Assembly: GCA_963841915.1 (NCBI GenBank)
Contig: CAWJEN010000004.1
Coordinates: 32,001-96,000 of the forward strand
Source: an uncultured Planctomycetota bacterium
Lineage (GTDB): Bacteria > Planctomycetota > Phycisphaerae > Tepidisphaerales > Tepidisphaeraceae
Length of the DNA: 64,000 nucleotides
Direction of reading: 5' to 3'
Shown: positions 1-15,591 of the stretch, piece after piece
Layout of the letters: each line of letters starts with the position of its first letter
Numbering within the stretch: the first letter of the stretch is position 1
The notes under the pieces: model-generated
Told to the model about the DNA's origin: nothing
The model's input: the letters and a program-made list of their open reading frames with translations, nothing else
The model's database searches: none
Translations under genes and position numbers: made by a program

Positions 1-398
1 TCCGTTGGGATTGAGACTTGCCCCGTGGGTGAGAGCAGCAGCAAGTAACCATGGGTCGCGTCGATGAAGCGAGCGCTAGGCGAGGGGCGGTAGCGGCCGA
101 TCCGGTCGCCCTTCACCGTGATGCTCCACGTCCAAACTAAGACGGCCTGAAGGGTCAAGCCGCTGGCCACGGGGAGCAGCCGCAAGGTGTCAAGAGAGGT
201 GGCCGGCTCTGATGGCCTATACGGGATATGGATGCACGCGAATCCCGTCTCCTCGACGAGAGAGTCAAGACCTGTCACAGCATCGACCACCTCACCCGGC
301 GAACTGCCTCGCGACGGATCGACGAACGCGAGGGCGAACCGCCGCCGTTCCTGACGCAGTTCTGCGATACCCCGTTTGATGTCGCCCGGTCGAAGCAC
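1..398 (-). CDS. Degenerate beta-class (N6_N4_Mtase-like) DNA methyltransferase homologue, partial (runs off left edge)
   Basis: Not in the ORF track; hand-translated from GTG at 398 with no stop down to base 1: MLRPGDIKRGIAELRQERRRFALAFVDPSR...LTLQAVLVWTWSITVKGDRIGRYRPSPSARFIDATHGYLLLLSPTGQVSIP. Layout resembles beta-class amino-MTases, but DPPY is replaced by DPSR. Confidence 0.55.
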   Translation of the reverse strand, partial: MLRPGDIKRGIAELRQERRRFALAFVDPSRGSSPGEVVDAVTGLDSLVEETGFACIHIPYRPSEPATSLDTLRLLPVASGLTLQAVLVWTWSITVKGDRIGRYRPSPSARFIDATHGYLLLLSPTGQVSIPT

Positions 399-510
399 GC
401 CAGATTCTAAAGCGACCGAGGCTCAGCCGCTTCACGCGGCTTGTCTGAGCGACATACGGTATCCACGATACACCGTGCTGTCTGGTGTCACGACATCAAG
501 CTGACAACGT

Positions 511-705
511 ATGGCCATGAAGACTAACTACCGGAAGGAGCGGGCCGTGCGGCCCGCCGCGTATCAGGAAATCGCCGTCACCGCGCGTGCGGCGTCGCCG
601 AACGAGCAGGCGGCGCTCGACGATGAGGTCCAACGGCTGCTTCGGGCGATGGCAATGCAGTGCGTTGCCCGCCGGGAGGCGACCAACACGAAGGAGGAGA
701 GATGA
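511..705 (+). CDS. Small hypothetical protein coupled to the serine recombinase
   Basis: 64 aa ORF whose TGA overlaps the recombinase ATG (ATGA, 702-705); its 3' end holds the AAGGAGGAG RBS. Confidence 0.5.
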   Translation: MAMKTNYRKERAVRPAAYQEIAVTARAASPNEQAALDDEVQRLLRAMAMQCVARREATNTKEER

Positions 706-2781
706 ATAACGCTGCCACTCAGTCCACCGATCAGACGCTCCGCGACAAACTCGCCGGAAAGCCCTACATCATCTTGGCCCGTCAGAGCCAGACAACTGCC
801 CTGACATCCTCGACCGAAACGCAGGATCAGCAGCTCCGCCATCGGTGTGATGCGGCGGGTGGCCGGCACATCGAGACCATCGCGCTAAAGAACGTCACCG
901 GCAGCATGCCGGGGCGGCGGAAAGACATCGACGAGTTGTGCCAACGGCGAAGGGACCGGGCAGATTTCGAAGTCCTCGTCGTGCAGGTCGTAGACAGATT
1001 CACACGCGCCGGACTGCGGCACGGGTTTGCGCTGGAGGAGCGTCTGATCGCACTCGGCGTAAAGGTTTTGTTTGTCGGCGAGGACATGGTTTTGGATGGC
1101 GAACACGGCGACCTCCTGCGAGCCTTCAAGTATTCCGCCGCTCAAAGTTTCGCGAAAGACTTGTCACACCGCATCTCGTCCGCTCACATGCGGAGTCTCA
1201 AGGAGGGCCGGAAGACGACGACCGCCGTGTTCCCGTACGGGGTGGACAAGCTCGTGTCTTCTCCGGCAGGCGTTCCGCTCTACCGAATCCGTGACAACCG
1301 TGACGGCACACAAAGCAAGCTCCACGCAGAGACGTTGCGACTCATCGACACCTACGGAAGCGTTGGGGGCAGAACGGGGCGATTCAGAAAGGAGAAGGAT
1401 GATCGTGTGACCTTCGTACCGGGCAGCGAGGTGGAGCAGGCCATAGTCCGCGACGTCTACATCTGGCACTACCGCGACGGACTCGGCGGTTCGTCGAGTC
1501 GCCAAGCGACTCAACGATCAGAAGCGATTTCGAGTTGGTGGCAAGCGCTGGAACGAGGGGCGGATCACGCAGATGCTCAACGCAGCGGTCTACACGGGCT
1601 TCACGGTTGGCCTCGCTGCCCATCGCGGAATCTACTCCGGCTTGTCAAACGGGGAGCCGAAGAAGCTCAACCGCCCGGAATCCGAGTTGCTTACGAAGGA
1701 GAGCATGCCCATCATCTACCGCACTCCAGAGGAGGCGTTCCGGCAAAATCACCCGGCGATGGGCGACTTTTTGCCATCTGACATCCGTGACCAAGCTATC
1801 GAGGATCAGGAACGGCGGCGTCGCCAACGCTACGCCACGTCGCTTCTGCCAGAAGGGCAGAAGCGGCATGGTCGGGGCAACAGTAAGCGTGGTTCCGCCT
1901 ACCTGCTTTCCGGACTCCTTCGGTCAACTGACGGGAAGGTACTCGTAGGTGTCCGTTGTGGTCCTCCGGACCGTCCCAAGCGGTACTACCGCGTGAAGGG
2001 TTCCCGCTTCGACCTGGATTCGTCCAAAGTGTCCCGCCGAATGGTCGCGGCGGAGCCATTGGAGAAGGCGGTGCTTGAGCAGTTGCAGAAGGCGCTTCTC
2101 GCGCGGGGCGATCTCGAACAACTGCTTGTTGGTTGCGTGCAGGCGGAACTGGAGCTTACGGAGGCTGGTTCGAAGCAGTTGGCGGAACTCCATCGCTTGC
2201 GAGAACAGGCGAACGCGAAGATCGTGAACCTTCTCCGCAACTTCGACGAGTCATTACCGCAGACAAAGCAGGTTGTCGCGGAACTCAAGGACGAGGTGGC
2301 CGAGCATTCACGGCAGATCGAGCGGCTCGAACGTCAGATCGCTGCCGGTCCCATCAACGTGGAGACGCTTGTCCGGGAGATGATGGAGCAGATCGAAAAC
2401 TTGGCCACCGACAGTTCCACCATGCCCGTTGAGCGACTCAAGGATGTCGTCCACGCTTTCGTCGATGAGGCCGTCGTCGATCTGGCAAACCGCGACGTGC
2501 GGATTGTCGTTCGATTGCCCGACTGGTCCGGGGCCGCAGAACCGACTCTGGGCAGCACGCGACCGTTGCGTCTTGTTGGTTTGAGCGGGTCAAGGACAAG
2601 CAACCGGACGCATCCGTCGTCGCAGGCGAAGAACGTTGCACGTCGGCCGATCCTGCTGAAGATGGCCTGTCGGGCCGGTCGGAAGCTCCGCCCGCCATCG
2701 TACCGCTGCCGCTGCGCCCGCAGGTTGTCGGGTGGGGACAAAAGGCGAACGAAGCCTGAGCGTCGGCCCTTGGCGGCCTGA
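702..2781 (+). pseudogene. Large serine recombinase split by a +1 frameshift at ~1490 (pseudogene or sequence error)
   Basis: N-terminal ILARQS and VDRFTR resolvase motifs. Removing one T at 1490-1491 gives GLGGRRVAKRLNDQKRFRVGGKRWNEGRITQMLNAAVYTG (recombinase domain), then YLLSGLL and a coiled coil; 692 aa when joined. Confidence 0.85.
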
Positions 2782-2850
2782 AGTCGGGATCGTGCGCGGG
2801 CCGCGGCTTTCTGCGCTTGATCGACGCTGGGTCCATGCGAAGACGATGGC

Positions 2851-3603
2851 TTGAACGCCATCGACTTCACCCAGGACAACCCGCACTCGGTGTGCAATCT
2901 TCGCAGTGCGTCGGGATCGCCGCGGACGGCACACCGCGACCCGCGATGCTCATACGCCTGTCGTTGGCGCTGGGCAGAGGAGCGCTATTCGGGTGATCTC
3001 GTCGCCATCGAACGCGCATTGTCCCATGGCTGGCACGCCTACTTCGGCACCGTCCGCGTGGGGCACCCGATTCCTGGGTCTACCTTCGCGGCGGCTCGCA
3101 AACGGTTCGGCGCAATGCTACCGAAGCCACGCCGTTGGATGTCGTACGCGGAGGTCCGAGATGATGTCCCAAAGCACATACATTTTCACTTTCACCTGCT
3201 GACGCCACACGCGTACGCGGACAGGGACCCGCTGTTCACCTCGTTATGGCGCATCGCCCTCGGCGAGGACCATGACACGACCTCCGGGGTTCGAGTCGAG
3301 GGAACTCGGAATCCGGTGGCGGCGGCCCGGTATGGCTGCGGATTCGATGAGGAGAAGCGATGGCGGCCGCTGTTCAGGACGCGTCGGGAATGCGGGTTTG
3401 AGATCTCGTGTGGCACACCACTATTCGCCGGAGGCATGTCATACAGCGACCGCCGTGTGGAGAGGGAAATCTATTGGGCTGCCCTCGAACGCTTTCCGAC
3501 GGATCTCGACGCCCCCTTCTCGGCTGCCATCGACGCCGCGGTCGCGCATTGCTCTCAGCTCTCGGCGGAGTGGGCCGCTACTAAGGCGCAGGGAACCTCT
3601 TGA
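2851..3603 (+). CDS. HUH endonuclease, rolling-circle Rep-like protein
   Basis: Ordered motifs YFGTVR (I), E...HIHFH (II, HUH), AARY (III, Tyr); upstream CSYAC; start uncertain (TTG). Confidence 0.55.
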   Translation: MNAIDFTQDNPHSVCNLRSASGSPRTAHRDPRCSYACRWRWAEERYSGDLVAIERALSHGWHAYFGTVRVGHPIPGSTFAAARKRFGAMLPKPRRWMSYAEVRDDVPKHIHFHFHLLTPHAYADRDPLFTSLWRIALGEDHDTTSGVRVEGTRNPVAAARYGCGFDEEKRWRPLFRTRRECGFEISCGTPLFAGGMSYSDRRVEREIYWAALERFPTDLDAPFSAAIDAAVAHCSQLSAEWAATKAQGTS

Positions 3604-3691
3604 TTGGTGTCATAGTCTCAAGTTTGGCTCGTCCCAAGGTATCGCGGCTGCGTAAGTTGCCCACGTTCATCGCCGTTGTAGAACTTGGTTC

Positions 3692-6979
<3,288 letters not shown>

Positions 6980-7016
6980 GTGGGTCACCCCCTGGTACGA
7001 ACGGGAACTTCGTGAA

Positions 7017-9974
<2,958 letters not shown>

Positions 9975-9980
9975 GAAAGA

Positions 9981-10108
9981 ATGAGGGAAGAATAAGGGAC
10001 AGCGAACAGGGATTCCCTTATTCCAGCGCTCTCTAAGTGGTTGACGGGAATCGCCTTACAAGGCGACGGGGCCGATTGGGTGAGGGAATGCGGTGATCCA
10101 TTCCCTTA
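9981..10108. repeat. Cluster of inverted AGGGA(AT)/ATTCCCTTA-type half-sites
   Basis: GAATAAGGGA (9990-9999) / TCCCTTATTC (10014-10023) perfect 10-bp IR; TGAGGGAATG (10081-10090) / CATTCCCTTA (10099-10108) IR with 1 mismatch; TCGCCTT-AC-AAGGCGA (10051-10066). Confidence 0.6.
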
Positions 10109-11803
10109 TCCGCTCGGTGGTGGAGCGTGCTCGGCCGCCCACCACCGACTGCCGACCCCGAAACCGTAGTTGGTGGCGTCGCCTCGCTTCTTGAGGAGCT
10201 GAAGACGGTAGCGAACCTGCTCGGAGGAAAGCGTGGGGAGTACCTCGGACAACTCGTCGAGACGAGCACCCTCGTCTCCGGCATCCCGGAGGTGCTTCAG
10301 CAGGAGCTGGAGGTTGTGTTCTCGGTCCAGCCCCTTCGTCCGCGTGTATTCGCCGGTCCGCCCAATGGCCTTGTACAGCTTTCGGCTAAGGATGTAGCCG
10401 GTGCCTTGACGTCGCCCAGTGGACTCGATCAGGCCAAGATCACGAAGGCGACCGGCTGCGGAGCGGAGATCGTCATCGAGCCGTTCATCGCGTCGGACAC
10501 GATCGAGCACGAGGAACTCGTCGGTGCCAAGCTGATTGATGGTGTCGTCTCCAAGACCTCGGAGGAAGCGGACGAACTCCCCGTCCTCGACCTTCCCATG
10601 CAGGGTGACCCAGACGGTACTTTCATCGGTTCCGTCAAACGACGGCAATCGCTGTGAGTACCGGACTGCGGAGGTGAACATGAGGTCCATGCCCTGACCC
10701 GACCGTTCAACGAGTCCGCACTTTTCGAACAGGTTGGCGATGAGTGGATTACGTGGGACCGACTTCCGCAACACGTTCTTCGTGGTGACCGAGCCGGGGA
10801 AGCCACCGGGGCTTTCGACCTGGATGCGTTGGGCATACTGACGGACGAAAATGGGAGCAGGGTCTCGATAGTTGCGATGACTGACCGCGTTCTGGATCTG
10901 CTCCCGGACCGGCCGCTCGGGGAACGTCGGAAGGTCACGAACCGCAAGGCCGTCCTGGTAGTGCTGGAGGTCATTGCGCCGGTTGATGCGTTCCCAGATG
11001 GCGTTGTAGTACAGGAAGAAGCCATCCTTGTAGTTCTCCCGATCCGCGGCGGGACCCGGAGCCTCGGAGGAGCGGTACTCGAAGATGACCTCTGCGTTCG
11101 GGAACCTCCTTTGAAGGAGACGAGCCGGGGCGAACAGGATGACGGCAGCGTTGGTAACCCGGCTGTCTACGAGGGCACCGACATCTTCGAGGAGCTGGCG
11201 GTTGTCCGCGGTCTGAAGCATCCGGCGCATCTCGATGCTGCCGGGGTCCGTGTTCTCGGCGATGTCGCTCATCCACTCGTGGCGAAATGCGTCGATGGCC
11301 TTCGAGGAGAGGTCCGTGAACTCGAAACCTTCGCAGGTCTCGGAGGAGAAGTCGCCGGTACGTTCGTCGTAGATGGCGCGACGCCGCTCCTCGGATAGCG
11401 GGATGAGGCTGTCATCGTCATCGCGCATCCAGGCACGACCGAAGCCGTCGGTGGTCGCGATGCCGATCGGGTGCGCGGGAATCTCAAACGCGAGAACGCG
11501 ACCGTTCCCGTGGCTGATGACCTTGAAGGAGGTCGGGAGGCGGATCTTGTCGTTGAGGTTCTTTCTGGTCTCCTCGGGCTGGGCAAATGCCTCCGAGCCG
11601 ACGACCTTGCGGGGCCGCTTGTCGGTCACTCCGAAGACGACACGGCCTCCACCCTCATTAGCGAGGGCCGACGCGTACCGGCAGAGTTCCTTGAAGTCGA
11701 ACTTCTCCTTGGCCTCCTTGAACTCGAAGTGCTCGCCCTCGACGGCTTCGAGCCACTTTGCCAGTTCGGTCAGATCCTCCTGATTGTCAAACAGCGTGTT
11801 CAT
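10106..11803 (-). CDS. Schlafen/AlbA_2 + HATPase_c_4 + winged-HTH protein
   Basis: EGEHFEFKEA, SALANEGGGRVVFGV (AlbA_2); REQIQNAVSHRNY, SPGGFP, PRNPLIANLF, VERSGQGM; C-terminal wHTH. ATG overlaps the helicase stop. Confidence 0.85.
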   Translation of the reverse strand: MNTLFDNQEDLTELAKWLEAVEGEHFEFKEAKEKFDFKELCRYASALANEGGGRVVFGVTDKRPRKVVGSEAFAQPEETRKNLNDKIRLPTSFKVISHGNGRVLAFEIPAHPIGIATTDGFGRAWMRDDDDSLIPLSEERRRAIYDERTGDFSSETCEGFEFTDLSSKAIDAFRHEWMSDIAENTDPGSIEMRRMLQTADNRQLLEDVGALVDSRVTNAAVILFAPARLLQRRFPNAEVIFEYRSSEAPGPAADRENYKDGFFLYYNAIWERINRRNDLQHYQDGLAVRDLPTFPERPVREQIQNAVSHRNYRDPAPIFVRQYAQRIQVESPGGFPGSVTTKNVLRKSVPRNPLIANLFEKCGLVERSGQGMDLMFTSAVRYSQRLPSFDGTDESTVWVTLHGKVEDGEFVRFLRGLGDDTINQLGTDEFLVLDRVRRDERLDDDLRSAAGRLRDLGLIESTGRRQGTGYILSRKLYKAIGRTGEYTRTKGLDREHNLQLLLKHLRDAGDEGARLDELSEVLPTLSSEQVRYRLQLLKKRGDATNYGFGVGSRWWAAEHAPPPSG

Positions 11804-14800
11804 CGGGGTGGTGTCGCTTTGGCCAAAAGCTCTGTCATCTTCAGGTTACGTCCGACTTCCGCAAATCCTGGCGGCTGATCGAAGGGGCCGTAGAGGTAGG
11901 CAGGCTCCGCCGTGGCCTGTCCGTCGATGACGACGATGGCCAGCGCCCAGGTGTCGGGCGAGTTGAAGCAGGTGCGGATCTGGCTGGCGGATACGGTGAC
12001 GGTTGTCTTGCCCTTGGCTTTGCCTTTGACCTCGATGAAGCGGAGGCGGCCTTCGGAGTCGAGGGATTCGATGTCGTAGCCCTCGTTGTTGTGGGGCATC
12101 TCTCTCGGAGTTCGCCCGAGGAACTTCTCCGCCTTCATGACGGCCTCGATGGCGAGTCGGTCGATCTCGGCCCGCCGCTCGGGGGAGAGGTCCGCGTCTT
12201 CATCGTGTACGGGGCTGCTAGAAAGTGCTTCCACGAGGCCGAACGGCACCACGAGGGCCGCGCCGGCAATAAAGGGAGAGGCCGGGGCGAGATGCCGTTG
12301 GCGTTCGATCTGCTCCAGCCGGTTCTTGAGGCGGGCTTGGAGGTCATCTGCCCTCTGCGCAGCCACGGTCGAGTTCAGACGCGGTGTCTTCCCGGCCTGC
12401 TCCTTCGCTCGCAGTTCGTTCGCCCGGTGATCCCAATACTGGATTTCGGCCAGCAACCGCTTTTTGACCGCGGCGGCCGTCTTGTCGAGAAGTTCGTCGC
12501 GATCACGTCGAACCTCTCGAAGGTGCTCAGGGACGAGCTTTGAAGCCGCATGGGTCATCGCCTGATCTTCGAGGCCGTCCTTGAGCCACTCCGGAGTCAG
12601 GTGTCCTTCGAGGATGGACCGCTCGTCTTCGAGGATCGGCCGCCAATCGACGTAGGGAGCCGAGCCTCCGTCGGAGGCACCACCGTGTTTATCGAGGAGG
12701 ACGAACTGAAGGCGACGACTGATGATGTTTGGTTGGCCGTCACGCCGTTGCGTGCCGTCGCGGATGTTGTGGTCGAGAACGACCATGACTCGAAGATCGG
12801 AGCCGAAGTCGTGGGGATCTACGAGGACGGCTCCCTGTTTCAGGAGACCCCGATGAGCTTCGAGAGTGACATCGAGGACAGCGTCGAGGAGCGGATGTCC
12901 CGGGCAGATGAAGGCAGCTTGCGATCCGCCCTCGCGCATGCGGTCCTTCTCGAAGGTGACGCGTTCGTAACGGGGAAGGACTGGAGCACCCCGGCCGATC
13001 TGGCGGTCCCGATTCCGAACGGCACCGGGGACGCGGCTGATCTCGAAGCGACCCGTCTCTCGCTTGCTCATCCGTCCGCCGACACGGGCGAAGGCCTCCT
13101 CGAACCAGGCCTGCACGTAGAAGGGCTGCAACCGCCTAGCCTCGGCTCGCTCCATGTCTTCGCGAACCTGCTGGATTCGGCGAGCATCCATCGAATCTCG
13201 GGCAAGTGCGTCGTGCTCGATGAGTTCACGAAGACGCTCCTTCTCCGTGGCCATCTCCACAGCCTCGAACAGCTTCGCCTTCACCTCCGGGTCTTCTCCG
13301 TAGCGGATGGCTTGGACGAGAAGGTCTCGGAGACTGGTGCCCTTGAACAGCTCTCCTAGCACGTCAAACACGGAGTCCCGTCCCAGTGCCTCGCGTTGGG
13401 CCTCCACCTTTTCGAGGAGGCGGTGGTACACATCGCCTTCACGCGTCTCCGCGGCCACGAGGTTCCACAAGTGACAGACCTCCGTCTGACCGATGCGGTG
13501 GATTCGACCGAACCGCTGTTCAAGTCGATTCGGATTCCAAGGGAGGTCGTAGTTGACCATTAGGTGGGCACGCTGGAGGTTGAGTCCCTCTCCAGCAGCA
13601 TCTGTCGCGAGGAGGACGTGGATGTCGGGGTCGTGACGGAAGTGCTCCTCTGCGTTTCGACGGGCGTCGCGGCCCACGCTCCCATGGATCGTCACGATTG
13701 ACTCCGGCTTCCCGAGCAATGTGCCGATCCGCTTCTCTAGGTAGGCGAGTGTGTCCTTGTGCTCGGTGAAGATGATGATCTTGCGGCGGTTGCCCGCGGG
13801 ATCGAACATCGCCGCTTCTTCGAGGAGATGAGACAGCTCCTCCCACTTGCGGTCCTTTCCGCTCTGCCGGACCTGCGCAGCCTTCTGCTCAAGCTCGCGC
13901 AGGATGTCGATCTCAACGCGAAGATCCTCGATCGTCGATGCAGCCGTGGCCTCGTCGGCTACGGCGTCCTCGGCCTCCTCCCGTTCTTCTGCCGTCGCCT
14001 CGTCCTCGTCCAACGCCTCCAGTTCGTCCTGCGTAAGCGGCGTGCCTCGCAGCTTCTCCAGAAGCGCCGATGTCGATCCCCCTCGACGGAGAAGCTCCGC
14101 TTCACGAAGGCGGCTTTCCAAGCGCTCACGCCTGCGGCGGAGACTTTGGTAGATGGCCTCCGGAGACGAAGCCAGACGCCGCTGAAGGATCGTCAGCGCG
14201 AAACCGACCGTTCCTTTTCGGCCGTCATTGGCAGCTTCAGCACGGTTGAACTCCTCGCGGACGTATTCCGTGACGCTCGCATAGAGGGCCGCTTCTTCAG
14301 GCGAAAGGTCGAAACTGATGGTCGTGGCTCGTCGTTCCGGAAATAGCTTGGTCCCATCGAAGCGACGGAGCTGCTCCTTGACCATCCTCCGCATGAGGTC
14401 ACTTGCGTCCGCGGTGTGCGCGCCATCGCGATTACGACCGGCGAATCGGTCACCATCGAGAAGGGACAGGAACAGGCCAAAATCCTCCTCTTTGCCGTTG
14501 TGCGGCGTTGCGGACATCAAAAGGAAGTGACGGCATTGCTCGGAGAGCAACTGGCCCAGCCGGAACCGACGCGTGTACTTGGCCTCGTTGCCAAAGAATG
14601 TCGCCGACATCTTGTGGGCCTCGTCAACGATGACGAGGTCCCAGTAGTTGGTCTCTAGACGTTCTTGAAGCTCGTCGTCGCGGCTGAGCTTGTCGAGTCG
14701 CCCGATGGTCAGCGGGTTCTCGGCGAACCAGTTGCCCGTCCGGGCGGCCTCAAGTTTATCGTTTGTGGCGATTTCGAAGGGGAGTTGGAACTTCTGATCC

Positions 14801-15312
14801 AACTCGTCCTGCCACTGTTCCACGAGGCCGCCTGGGGCCACCACGAGGCATCGCTCGACGTCTCCACGGGCGATGAGTTCCTTGATGAGGAGGCCCGCCA
14901 TGATCGTCTTCCCCGCGCCGGGATCGTCCGCCAAGAGAAAGCGGAGTGGATGGCGCTGCACCATCACGTCGTAAACGGCGAGGATCTGATGTGGGAGCGG
15001 CTCGACCGTCGAGGTATGGACCGCAAGCAGCGGATCGAACAGCGCGGCGAGGCTGATCCGCAACGCCTCGACGGCTAGGCGGAAGTCCGCAGGGTCGGCG
15101 TCGAAGGACCAAGGCCGTTTCCGCTCCTCGACTGACAAAGACGGTTCGTCATCGCGGATAAGAAGGCGACTGTCTGTACGGCCACTTTCCGTTCTGTAGG
15201 TGACATCGAGCGTGCTGTTTCCAATCCACCGTGCGGCGACAACCGTCGCACCTTCCCCTGGGGCAAGACCGCAGACATTCGATCCCACGGTCACGTCTTC
15301 CAGCCTCGTCAT
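11800..15312 (-). CDS. SNF2-family helicase with C-terminal DUF3883 (PD-(D/E)xK) nuclease domain
   Basis: LLADDPGAGKT, DEAH, SATPH, TDAAGEGLNLQ, QRFGRIHRIGQ; C-terminal GYDIES...FIEVKG. Confidence 0.92.
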   Translation of the reverse strand: MTRLEDVTVGSNVCGLAPGEGATVVAARWIGNSTLDVTYRTESGRTDSRLLIRDDEPSLSVEERKRPWSFDADPADFRLAVEALRISLAALFDPLLAVHTSTVEPLPHQILAVYDVMVQRHPLRFLLADDPGAGKTIMAGLLIKELIARGDVERCLVVAPGGLVEQWQDELDQKFQLPFEIATNDKLEAARTGNWFAENPLTIGRLDKLSRDDELQERLETNYWDLVIVDEAHKMSATFFGNEAKYTRRFRLGQLLSEQCRHFLLMSATPHNGKEEDFGLFLSLLDGDRFAGRNRDGAHTADASDLMRRMVKEQLRRFDGTKLFPERRATTISFDLSPEEAALYASVTEYVREEFNRAEAANDGRKGTVGFALTILQRRLASSPEAIYQSLRRRRERLESRLREAELLRRGGSTSALLEKLRGTPLTQDELEALDEDEATAEEREEAEDAVADEATAASTIEDLRVEIDILRELEQKAAQVRQSGKDRKWEELSHLLEEAAMFDPAGNRRKIIIFTEHKDTLAYLEKRIGTLLGKPESIVTIHGSVGRDARRNAEEHFRHDPDIHVLLATDAAGEGLNLQRAHLMVNYDLPWNPNRLEQRFGRIHRIGQTEVCHLWNLVAAETREGDVYHRLLEKVEAQREALGRDSVFDVLGELFKGTSLRDLLVQAIRYGEDPEVKAKLFEAVEMATEKERLRELIEHDALARDSMDARRIQQVREDMERAEARRLQPFYVQAWFEEAFARVGGRMSKRETGRFEISRVPGAVRNRDRQIGRGAPVLPRYERVTFEKDRMREGGSQAAFICPGHPLLDAVLDVTLEAHRGLLKQGAVLVDPHDFGSDLRVMVVLDHNIRDGTQRRDGQPNIISRRLQFVLLDKHGGASDGGSAPYVDWRPILEDERSILEGHLTPEWLKDGLEDQAMTHAASKLVPEHLREVRRDRDELLDKTAAAVKKRLLAEIQYWDHRANELRAKEQAGKTPRLNSTVAAQRADDLQARLKNRLEQIERQRHLAPASPFIAGAALVVPFGLVEALSSSPVHDEDADLSPERRAEIDRLAIEAVMKAEKFLGRTPREMPHNNEGYDIESLDSEGRLRFIEVKGKAKGKTTVTVSASQIRTCFNSPDTWALAIVVIDGQATAEPAYLYGPFDQPPGFAEVGRNLKMTELLAKATPPR

Positions 15313-15591
15313 GTATCGCCCTTCGTTGGATCTTTCACTTCAACACCCAGCCCGTAGTATGCCCAAACAGATTGCGAATCTCCAGCCACGCGATACATGA
15401 GTTCTTCTCGAACCTTCGCGCCCTAGGAGGCGGAGACTGTGCGACTGTCGAGACCGACCTTTTCCGCCTTGCGCTACGAAGATGGCTTCGAAAGAAACTC
15501 GGCGACACTCGCAACGCCTTCTGATCAAATGGATTGCGAATGCCACCCGCAAGCTCTAGCAGCCCCAGTGCAACCCAGTGCTGATGCGCCT

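Noticed and set aside
228..410. 60-aa plus-strand ORF
   Set aside because: It is the antisense shadow of the minus-strand MTase-like frame and has no motifs of its own.
15335..15591. Short ORFs between the DUF4417-like gene and the helicase
   Set aside because: No motifs or clear RBS; more likely promoter/intergenic sequence.
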